From the human T2T-CHM13v2.0 reference genome, Homo sapiens, in NCBI RefSeq assembly GCF_009914755.1, contig NC_060931.1: DNA of 64,000 nt. One strand, written 5' to 3'. Below, one piece after another: positions 1 to 10,794 of the stretch. Every line of letters begins with the position of its first letter. The first letter of the stretch is position 1. Both the position numbers and the translations under genes were made by a program. The notes beneath the pieces are model-generated. The model saw only the letters and a program-made list of their open reading frames with translations, was not told the origin of the DNA and did not search any database.

Positions 1-183
1 CGAAAGGAGAATAAGTAAAAATGTTAGGATATAAAGGCGAATGTTTTTAGAATGGGGTACATGGTTGAGTGCTATTGGTAATGAACTAGTAGAGGAGACA
101 CTGATGATGCAGGAGCATGATGTTTTTGAGAAGGTGAGAGGGGAGGAGATTCATTACAAAGTACCCTGTGGTGTTGTAGGGGA

Positions 184-230
184 GTGTATGTGCATGCGTG
201 CATGTGTGTGTGTGTGTGTGCGCGCGTGTG
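184..230 (+). repeat. (TG)n/(CG)n purine-pyrimidine microsatellite
   Basis: gtgtatgtgcatgcgtgcatgtgtgtgtgtgtgtgtgcgcgcgtgtg. Confidence 0.9.
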
Positions 231-264
231 TTTTATCTCTCTCAGATTTTAAAGAAAGGGTCAC

Positions 265-637
265 CTGGGGCAGTGGCTCACATCTGTAATCCTGGCACTT
301 TGGGAGGCCAAGGCGGGAGAATGGCTTGAGGTTAGGAATTTGAGACCAGTCTGGACCTCATCTCTACAGGAAAAAAAAAAAAAAATTAACCAGGCGTGGT
401 GCTGCGTGCCTGTGGTCCTAGCTACTTTACTTAGGAGGCTGAGACAGGAGCATCACTTGAATCCAGGAGCCTGAGGCTGTGGTGAGCTATGGTTGTGCCA
501 CTGCACTCCAGGCTGGGCAACAGAGTGCATGACCCTGCATCTAAACAGAAAAAAAAAAAGAAAAGAAAAGAAAAGAAAGAAAAAGAAAGAAAGAGAAAGA
601 AAGAAAGAAAAGAAAAGAAAAGAGAAAGAGAAAAGAA
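265..637 (+). mobile_element. AluJ-type SINE with expanded (AAAG)n/(AAAAG)n tail
   Basis: Dimeric Alu with J-type features and a small left-arm deletion; purine tail ~546-637; approximate TSD aaagaaaggg at 251-260 and 632-641. Confidence 0.85.
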
Positions 638-2539
638 AGGGCCCATGCCTGCAGAGCACTATTTTTTACAGTGACTTCTTTAGTTCTGTGTCTTACACAT
701 ATGAGGCACTTTCAGTTTGTTCAAATGGAGCTCTTTCAAATAACCGGTAGGATATGGCATAGTAGATTTACAAGTTTTGGAGACTTTCTACCTAAGAAAA
801 TATTTTATCATTTGGGACGATGAAAAATACACTAAAAGTTTCCATTGATTTTAGAAGCATTTCAAAAAATTATTTCTTAGTTACAATAATAGCACTAGAC
901 ACTGCATAATACTACAATTCAGAGGAGGAAGTTTTGGGGAAAAATACAGATTGTGCAGGATGTTTGAATTTTATGACAAAAACTGTCTGATGACTCATGA
1001 GTGTCTTGTAGTTTATAAAGGGTATACATAGCGAAAAATAGTATCAAAGTGTTATTCATTGAATATAGCTTTCAACTTCAGTTATTTGAGATAACCACCT
1101 ATAGTAAAACCTTATCTCAGATGCTCATGTTAAATAAAAATATTTTCTTTATATTTTGCATTAGTCTAAACTTTACTTTAGCTAAAATATTTTACCTTTT
1201 TGAAAAATGAGTTGCATTGTTGAGGGTGGAAGAGTGAGTATATTTAAATCAGCTGGACTAAAGAAACATACTGATGTGTAATACATGCCTTAATTCATGT
1301 CCAAATGCCACATGATTTACCTTTTGGAAATCTAGAGAATGGAGAGCATTCTAAATTTTAAGCTTAGATGGATTATATTTATATTCTTTGTCATTAACTG
1401 AAAGTACTTCTTATAATACTATATTTTATATTTTTTATTATTGCCTTTGGTGGCTTTATAAATTACCTGTTTTCCCCCCAATGTTTTGTTGCTATATTCT
1501 TTCCATTTCTTTTTGTGTGCTTCCATCTCTGTATATACTTAAAAGATCTGTTGTTTGCCTGGCTGAATTGACACCAAAATGTTTAAGAACAGAGTATGTT
1601 AATATTGGGGGAAAATTAATTTCGGACATTAAGTTTTTAAAAAAGAAGATTTCAAAGGAATAGGAACAAAAGGGTACCACTTATGTCGAGGGGTGTGACT
1701 GTTTTATGCTCTAGTAGGAGGAGCATCTATCTTTGCAGATCAAGCCTGCCACCTCCAGAGTTTTGGTTATCTCATTTTGGTTGTTACTCCAAAGTACACC
1801 TTCCATATCTCTGTCTGACTGTCTCTGTTCCCCATGTCTCTTTCTCATCTCTCCTTCCTCTCTTCTCTCATTTCTCTATTTCATACTTTCTCTCCCTCCC
1901 CTCCCCTTACCTGTTTCATTTGCAAATTTTACATGATTTCATTTAATTATTGACTACCATTTATAGAAACCCAATGGCAGTGATTAATGACACTTTCCAC
2001 AATAATAGTGTAATACTTTTTCAGATACTTTTATTCTTAGCTTATATGTTTGTGAGTTATGGGTACATAGCTTAAAAGAAATAGCTCCAAAAATCTCCAT
2101 CAAACACCCGGAACTTTTCAACAATGATTTTTTTTTTCTAGATTGAATTAGATTCTCATGGTATTTGAATTGATTATTATTCTTCCAAAATACATACTTG
2201 TTTAGCTATTTGCTGTTTTTTTTTAAAATTACATTCCAAGATGACCCACCCTGACTCCCAAAACTAACTGAAGCAACATAGAAATACTAATTTCTCTTAG
2301 AAATGCTTTTATTTTTTAAATTACTTACATATAGTGTTAAACTATTGTGGTTTTGAGAATATTTTATAATTAATATATATAATTCTCAACTAGTATTTTG
2401 TAAAATAGTATGGAAGGAACCTCATAGTTTAAAGTTGACATATTTCTTAAAAACTCTTGTAAGGGGAATTTTTTTAAATATAGATGGTTTAAGTTGAATA
2501 TACCAGGAAGGTATTAGGAAGATTCACTTATGAACCTCC

Positions 2540-3285
2540 AGCTCAGGGGTCCTTAGCATTGGGGGAGGGTCACAATGTAAGTCTGAGAAAAGATAACCAA
2601 ATTAATTTCACTAATTTCTAAACTTTAAATTAAATTTGTTATTTCTCTCAATTATACATATAGGCAATAAACTTCAGTGGCATTAGTAGTACCTGTGTCT
2701 TTGTTGATGACATTTTCATATATTAAAGTTGTTGCAGAAATCATAAAGTATTATATATACTAATCACTACTTTTAAAATAGTATTTATCAGATCACCACT
2801 AGAACTTGTTATTAATGTCTTTAAAAAGAAGCACATATTTATTCTACCTCAACTTTAATATTATCAACTATAGTCATAGGGCCACATAACATTTAATTCA
2901 ACTATGAACGACATATAGAACGGTGGTCCCATAAAATAAGAACACTGTATTTTTACTGTACCTTTTCTATGTTTACATATACAAATACTTACCATTGTGT
3001 TGCAGGTACCTACAGTACTCAGTACAGTAACATGCTGAACCACTTTGTAGCCTAAGAGTGATAGGCCATACCATATAGCCTAAGTATGTCATTGACTATA
3101 CCATCCAGATTTGTGTAAGTGCACTCTCTGATGTTCATACGAGGAAATCACCTAATGACCCCTTCCTCAGAATGTGTCCCTGTATTTAAACATAATTGGT
3201 TTCCTTCAAAATCCTGGGTATTCTATGTTATGGATTTAAAAATACTTTATCTCCATGGCACACCACAGAAAACTAAAAATGCCTG
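2540..3285. mobile_element. hAT DNA transposon remnant (Charlie4a/MER80-like), split by Tigger3a
   Basis: Motifs tagtagtacctgtgtctttg, gttgttgcaga and aaagaagcacatat occur before 2870; the element resumes as taattggtttcctt...ccatggcaca after ~3190. Confidence 0.55.
2871..3193 (-). mobile_element. Tigger3a (MER7A) TcMar DNA transposon
   Basis: cggtggtcccata...tttttactgtaccttttctatgttt...tacagtaacatgctg...atttgtgtaagtgcactct matches the Tigger3a reverse strand as I recall it. Confidence 0.75.
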
Positions 3286-4648
3286 CTCTTGTCCCTCGGA
3301 ATCCAAGGCATTCTTTATAGTAAAAGTAATTTATTTTGTAACATACATGTTTTATAAATTTGCATTTCTGTATGTAATTTTCATAATGCAGAGAACACAG
3401 ATTTTTTTTGAACAGCTTCTTTTTGCTTACATTAAATTGAAATGATAAAAAAGGACATATTCAATTTCTCACCTTAAAAAACTATGTTAAATATTAAATT
3501 CCTAAGTAACTTGTTTTCATGTTTGCATTTTAATGTCATGCTTTTACCAGTGCATAGTCAGCAATGCCAGGATGCAGAAGAATGGAGAAAATGAACTTCT
3601 TGGGTTTTATATGCCACAATTTAGATAGTCTTAATTTAAATTTCCATAAATAAGTGCAGGAGAAAACAGAGGAAGTGCTTCGAAGTCAACAACCTGGTGA
3701 CACATATTTTTTAGGGTTTTCAGGCAAATCTTCCCATGGGATTTTAATTGATATGCAACATAGTGTGGCCTCAGGCCCCCTTCCAAGCACAGGACTCTGG
3801 TAATTTGTACAAGCTTTCCTTCCTCCTCTATACTTGACTGAAGGGAAAAATGGAAGATGGTAGACATCCTCTCAAGTGGATGTAGGAGGTAATTAGAATA
3901 ATAAAATTGAATAATTATTAAGTAGTTTGCTCAAGGATATTAATCATTCTGCCCATTTTGAAGGAGAAAAAATATTCCTACAAATAAATAGTAGTTGTCT
4001 CTTAGAAGACTGAGAAATCCAGGAGTTTGGGGGAAATGTGACTATAATTGAAAGAAAAGAGCAAAATGGATTAATATACTAGTTTTCCAAAGAAATATTA
4101 AACCTGCCTAAATTTCCACTATAACTTCTCTTGGGAAATCAAACTGGAGGAACTGGACCTCTTGGGAATACTATCACCATAACATAACATAATTTGAAGT
4201 TGACACTAGAAGTTGAAGTTTATTTTTTTCCTAATAATTATGCTCAGGGAAGGATGCAGAAATTGCATTTTGGAATGACAGAAGAGTAGTTATTTTAGAA
4301 GGAACATTTTAACATCTATGGTAGATATCTCCTAGAAAATGTGTTCTGTGGAGTGACAGGAGAAGCTAAAACCAAAAGCCATCATTACCTTAGGACATAA
4401 AACTGAATTGCATGGAGTCAACAGGTGTTTATTAAGGGTCTGCTGTATGCCCAGGCCAGTGTGCTGGAGTTTGTAGAGAAGTCCTGTTTTATTTTTTAAT
4501 CAAGTGCCTTTGATTTTTTTGTTCCTGTTGCTTTTAAAAATTACACCCTTAGTTAGAAATAAGTATGCACCTACTGGCTCTTGAACTCTAATTAACCATG
4601 AAAAAAATATATATGTATGTGTATAAATATGTTTAAAACTGGCCTCCT

Positions 4649-4966
4649 GGCCCGGCACACTGACTTACAACTGTAATCCCAGCACTTTGGGAGGCCAATG
4701 GGGACAGATCACCTGAGGTCGGGAGTTTGAGCCGAGCCTGGCCAACATGGCTAAACCCTGTCTGTACTAAAAATACAAAAATTAGCCAGGTGTGGTGGTA
4801 CATGCCTGTAATCCTAGCTACTTGGGAGACTGAGGCAGGAGACTTGCTTGAGCCCAGGAGGCAGAGGTTGCCGTGTGCCGAGATTGTGCCACTGCACTCC
4901 AGTCTGGATGACAGAGCAAGCCTCTGTCTCAAAAAACAAAAAACAAACAAACAAACAAACAAAAAG
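4649..4966 (+). mobile_element. AluS (Sx/Sz-like)
   Basis: Full dimer with (AAAC)n tail; TSD aaactggc(c/t)tcc at 4636-4647 and 4967-4978. Confidence 0.92.
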
Positions 4967-5229
4967 AAACTGGCTTCCCGTTATCCAGAATTGGATTTCC
5001 TGATGAAACATTGAACTTACTTGTGACTCTGTCATTCTGGCATACTATCCTTTCAGAACCAAAAATCTGGATTCTCTGTCTTTTCAACTCCCCTGTCTAT
5101 ACTAGGGAGCTAAACACTCCTGAAGAAACCTTGATGACCATAAAAATCACTGTCACTATGCATGTGTGGTCTCAGGTCTCAACCAGAGCCTCAGAATCCC
5201 TCCACAGAACTTCAATATGTCCCAAATTC

Positions 5230-6600
5230 CTGCAACAAATCATTCTTGAGCACTTACTCTGTGGCAGATAAGTGCCACACTCTTCTAGGTACAGTTTGGG
5301 GACACAGCAGTGAACTACAAAGACAAGCAGACCTGCCCTCTTCCATTTTCCACAGTGGCCATCTCATTTTGGTGCTGTTCTTTTTAAAGAAGCACTTGGC
5401 AACTCTCCCTCCCCCTCAGGGGAAGAAGAGGCCATCCAGCTTTTCCTCAGGGTCTCTCCACCCTGGGCCCTACCTACAAACTTACCTGATTCTGAGCCTG
5501 TTTTTACCTTCCATTCAAAGGAGGAGATACAGCTCTTCCTGTTGCAGCACACACCCCATCACTGCCCATCTTTTCATACACTCACTCCATTGAGTAGCCC
5601 TTTCTGCATTCGGTTTGAAGTTTCTTCTGGAGAACAGTGAACATATGTCAGTCTTTCCTGTCTAAAAATATATGTGTAGTGAGTGTGTGTAGGTGGGAGT
5701 GTATCTCTTCATGGACTTTGCATCCTCAGTTTTCTCCTTCTGTTTACAAATAGATGTCTTGGAAAGATAGCTATGTGCGGTCCCTGTTCCCTCACTTTTC
5801 AGTCACTCCTCACGTCACTGCTATTCATTTCTAGCCCTAACACATCGCTAAAATTTCTCTGGCCAAACAGAGTATCTGACACAACCTCCTTGAAATATTG
5901 TTCTCTCTCACTTCCATGGGATCTCCCTTTCCTAGAGTTTCTACTTCCATGTTTACTCCTCTGTCTCCTCTGCCAGCTCCTCCCTTCCTTAAATGCTTTT
6001 GTTACCTTGAATCCCTTGTCACTGAGTACATTCTTCCTGGGTGGTTGAATAAGCCCATTCACTATGACAGTTTCAGCCACCTTTCACCCCCCAGCCCCAG
6101 ACTAACTACCACGCAAACTCCAGATCATGGTCTGCAGCTGCCTTTTGAACATTTTCATTTGAGTATCCCCAGACTTAGCAAGGCTCACACTCAACATATT
6201 TTAAACCAAACTGTTTTTCCTCCTGGATTTCTTCCTTAGTAAATGGCTTCAGAAACCAGGGAGTCACGCTTGATTCTTCTCATCACTGCTTCATCCCAGG
6301 TCTTATCAACTCATGCTAATCCTACTTTCTTGATATTTCCTCAAAGTCATCCTGTCTGACCCCACTGGCACTATATTATCACTGCATGTCGTTCCTGCTT
6401 CCTCATTTCTGACACGGAAAATTGAAGATGTTTTACCTGGTTTCTTTAGATCCAACAAAAATATGGAGCCACTGGCATCTCTAAAACTGTCTGCTTGCCT
6501 CTGTGTCTTTGCATAACTTCCCCACTGGCTGGAACAATCTTTGCTTTTATTTCATCTAACATATGCTTCTTCTTTAAGACATAACTCAGGAATCACCCTT
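5230..6600. mobile_element. L2 LINE fragments
   Basis: L2 3'-end motif (caacaaatcattcttgagcacttactctgtg...gggacacagcagtgaac) plus pyrimidine-rich L2 body at ~5780-6600; boundaries approximate. Confidence 0.5.
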
Positions 6601-6689
6601 ACTTTCTCCTTCTACCCTATGTTCTCTCCTCTTCCCTTTCAGAGCTCCATCTTACAAATCTGAATTGGATATTGGATATTCCATCCATT

Positions 6690-7090
6690 TGTGCCTCCGT
6701 TTTTCATCTGTAAAATGAGGTTAATAATAGCATTTATCTCATAAAATTATTCTAAGAGTTTAGTGAGTAAATATTTATAAACTACTTACAGCAGTGCCTG
6801 GACTTTAGTAAGCACTATATAAAAGGTTGCTAAATAAAAATTTAAAAAATACAATAAAATATGGAAACACTATATATACTGGTGATGAGAACAGCCTTTG
6901 GAATCACATAGATCTAAATTTGAATCCCAGACCTCCCCTTAGTAGCTTTGCACCTCAAGCCACTATATAAAGATTTTGAACCTCAGGTTCCTCATCTATA
7001 AAATGAGCCAAATGTTCACCTTATGAGATTGTCTGTCATGCAGAGGTAATGCCTGCGAGGCACTTACTATGTAACACTCCTTGCTCATTA
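6690..7090 (+). mobile_element. Two MIR fragments
   Basis: MIR cores ttttcatctgtaaaatgagg (~6701) and ttcctcatctataaaatgag (~6988). Confidence 0.7.
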
Positions 7091-7099
7091 TTTACTCCA

Positions 7100-7282
7100 G
7101 TTGGGCGTGGTGACTCATGCCTATACTCCTAGTAGCTCATGCCTGTAATCCCAGCACTTAGCCTGGCAGAGGCGAAAGGATAGTCTGAACCCAAGGCGTT
7201 GAAGACCTGCCTGGGCAATATAGTGAGAAGCTGTTCTCCACAAAGAGAAAAGAAAAAAAGGACAAAAAACGAAACAATTGAA
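7100..7282 (+). mobile_element. FLAM/Alu left monomer with internal tandem duplication
   Basis: Monomeric Alu; gactcatgcctatactcctag repeated as gctcatgcctgtaatcccag; approximate TSD ctcatta(t/c)ttactc at 7084-7097 and 7283-7296. Confidence 0.75.
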
Positions 7283-9234
7283 CTCATTACTTACTCTACC
7301 AGCACGATGTGTTTGTCCAAATCACAACAGTTATGGCACTGTATTGTAACTATATTTTTATTTACCTACATTTTACATTCCTTGATCTTTGTCTCTGAAG
7401 TTTGGACAGAATCTGACATGTAGTCAAATGCTCAATGAAGACTTGTTGAATGAACATTTAACCATGAAGGCATTGTCTCCAGGCTCCTATGCTGGTTAGG
7501 AATGAAGACTGTATTTATTCCATTTTTTTTTTCCACTTCCTATGCACTCACTGCTCTCAGAGAGTCTTTTGTGGCTAATTCCATGTGCCTCTAATGTCTT
7601 TAATGGACCAGAGTACACAGTTTACACTTTGACCATTGGCCATTATTTATATGAAGCCTACTTTCCAGGCCCACATTCAGCATCTACGACAAGGCAGGCA
7701 AGGCCCTGTCTTTGTGGGGTTTCTGTACAGTATGGCTATTTGCTCCTGGGGCTTAGCCAACTTACAGTCAACTTATATTCCGCATTAATTAACTTTCCAT
7801 TCTGTTTTGAATATTGCATTAAACCCAGTAATGGTCCTGTTCAAGGCCAAGAAAATACCCTGTGCTAGATTTAACTATCTATTAGTTATAGAAAATAGAT
7901 TATATCTTCCTAGAACTTTGGAGCTTGAAACAAACTTAGCATTTTCCCTTTCCTTGTATGTGTATCGACACCAAATGAAATGACCTGTTCAAGATATTCA
8001 CTCAGGCAATTAGTGACAGAGCCAAGACCAGAAAGCTGGTTTTAAGTTTCCAGCATCACAATCCTTATACATACACTAATACTTGGCTGTCTTTGCCACT
8101 TATGAAGATGGAAGGGTGATCATTAATTGAAATACCTTTGTTTTTGTGCCCCCACTATGTTGTGTCCCTGTTGCTAATAGCCTTATTTAAACCAAACAAA
8201 CAGCTGTAACAACCACAGACACTTACAACCCTTTCTTTTTGTAGTTCTGGCATTAGCTTGCCCAAATGGTAATAGGAGGTAATGAGCTGTGACAGTAATA
8301 ACTCAGTTGGGGAGTGGCTCAGACGAAACACAGGGAATTGGGAAGCACCTCAGGAAGACGGTTTTAATTTTACCTTATTTTCCCCAATTTAAAGTAATAA
8401 TACACTAGGCTACAAAATTTTTATTGCATAAGAAAACTAGGTTTATCTGTTTTCAGCAATTTTAGAGTATACTTGCAAACAACATGTTCATAGATCGTTT
8501 TTAGCTCTGGAATTGTTTGTACACTAAATTAAGGCGGAGGTATTTATACCTTATAATTTCAATGTCATGCTGTCCTGTTCATCTGTGGCTTGCAATAGTG
8601 CCTTAAAATAATCAAATGGTATTAATAGATAACCTGGGTGGAGAGGGAGGAATGTGGAAAGAGTAACAATGTCATCATTGATTCACAAATTAATTCCATA
8701 AATAATAGGATTTACCTCCTGTGCACTGCTTTGAAACGTGCTTTGGTGTCTCATTTCGCTGTAACATTTCACTCTGCTTGCTTCGCTTCATCTTGCCTGG
8801 CCTGTTAGACCGCTGTGCTTCTTTGGTTGGGGCCTGTCTCTTCTGTCAGGGCTGGGGAGTGCATCCTGGGTCTTCTCAGGCGAGGCTCCTCCTGCCTGTG
8901 TGAGGTCTGCACCTCCTGCTAGGGATGCTGCCCTTGCCTCCAGGAGTCCTACAGGAACAGTCACTGTTGGGGACCTCTCAGCCCTTTGGATTGCAAAAGT
9001 GCCCTTTGGACTCTTGCTGAGCCCTGGCTGGTCAAGTGCCTGGAGAATTGTTGTGTATGATCCCAGTCCTGTGAATATTGTCAGTATCAGTCAGCCTTCT
9101 TTTAGTGTGTTTGTTTCCTCCCATGCTGCCATAAAGACCTTATGTCCTAGGTGACCTGGCCAACCCTGTGCATCTCTGCAGTAGGCTAATATCAGTGACT
9201 GAAAACACTGGATGTGACCAAGGTGTTATTTTAC

Positions 9235-9260
9235 TCATCATCATCATCATCATCATCATC
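9235..9260 (+). repeat. (CAT)n trinucleotide repeat
   Basis: ctcatcatcatcatcatcatcatcatc. Confidence 0.9.
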
Positions 9261-10074
9261 TTTTACAGAATCACCCAGTGGGTACATTATGGTTTAAGTT
9301 TTGTTAGCAAGACAAAACTGATTTATTTTCATTTGTTACTTGCACAATGTATAAGCCAAGGACAAATGAAAAGAGATGAAGCTGAAATGTGAATTGTGAA
9401 ATAAACACAGTTGGGAAAATAAAATTAGAAAATATATTAAGCATTTGGGAGAGATTTTTTGGATTATTTTTACCCCAATATGAATTTTCATTAAAACTAG
9501 ACGATTTACTTGCATGTATTTTTGTCCTAGCCATAAATGGTATTGTTACCAACTTGAGTGAACTGTTGCACATTGATCCTTTCTGGGAAAATGTGTTTAA
9601 GATCTAAAGTAGATTTTATTATCCAGAAATTATATTCACCTTTGTTATTATTTAAACTTCTTATATTAGAAATATTTCAACTGGCCAACTGAAAATAGCC
9701 AGCACTGAATAGGTTCAAGTAAAGTATAGTTTTACTGTTTTTGCTTTCTAGCTTCTGGAGAAAATAAATAGATAATAATTGAAATATGGAAAAAATAGGT
9801 TATTATTTTTAAATCTTCTGCTGTAGCCAAACACAAGGTTACTAATTCTCTCTGGGCAGACTTATGCTTCACTCCTCTGCAAATTCTGTTTCTTAGAGTT
9901 GCCTTCTTGGTTCATTCTTTCAAGTGTTTGAGCTGTGGTCAGAGCCTTTTACAAACCTCCTTAGGTTAAAATAGAATGGTCCGATGTCCGTGTGGTAATC
10001 AGAGTAAATGGAACATAGGTAGGTGGAGAGGTGTGGTTTTCCTAGAATAAATATTTTGCTATCATCTTCACTGC

Positions 10075-10195
10075 TGTCACAGTAATAATATTTAGTAAGC
10101 ACTTGCATGTTAAATCCTTTATTAAGTACTTAATGTGCATTATCTCTTTTAATCTTCATCATAACCCTATGAGGACAGTAATGTTATTACCAGCT
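10075..10195 (-). mobile_element. MIR fragment
   Basis: attatctcttttaatcttcatcataaccctatgagg. Confidence 0.6.
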
Positions 10196-10407
10196 ATTAA
10201 AGCTTGTGATCTTAAAATGTAGAGATTCAGTATGTGAATGTAAATATTATTTGCACCATTGATATTTTCTAGCCTTTCTTTCCCTCCTTTCTGCCCAAAA
10301 ACTGACTTTCTGGGTAAAAAATTTTAAATAAGCACTTCAAATAACTAAACTTTTACCCCTCTTCAGATTTCTGTGTTAAGCTTCTAAGAATCAAAATATT
10401 TTCTGAG

Positions 10408-10458
10408 ATCTATCTATCTATCTAGTGTGCGTGTGTGTGTATATATATATATTTATAT
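10408..10458 (+). repeat. Compound (TCTA)(TG)(TA) microsatellite
   Basis: Read directly from the sequence. Confidence 0.85.
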
Positions 10459-10469
10459 TTCCTGGAATT

Positions 10470-10794
10470 TGTTTTGTTTTGCTTTTGGTATAGAGTCTCA
10501 CCCTGACACCCAGGCTGGAGTGCAGTGGCATGATTATGGCTCACTATAGCCTCGACCTTCTGGGGCTCAGGTGATCTTCCCAGCTTAGCACCCCCACCCC
10601 CCGACCCCCTCCCCAAAATAGCTGGGACTACAGATACTCGCCACCATACTCAGCTAATTTTTTTTTTTTTTTTTGGTAGAAACAGAGTTTTGTCATGTTG
10701 CCCAGGGTAGTCAAACTCCTGGGCTCAAGGGATCCGCCCACCTTGGGATTCTGCCTGCCTCGGGATTCCAGGAATGAACTACCGCACCCCAGCC
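10470..10794 (-). mobile_element. AluJ (antisense) with C-rich insertion
   Basis: Reverse Alu dimer; approximate TSD ttcctggaattt / ttcctagacttt; non-consensus C-runs at 10591-10614. Confidence 0.88.

Noticed and set aside
4633-5035. Alu-derived ORFs (also ~450, 15552, 19123, 34030, 41827, 52222, 54765, 56124)
   Set aside because: Typical Alu translation patterns with no gene structure.
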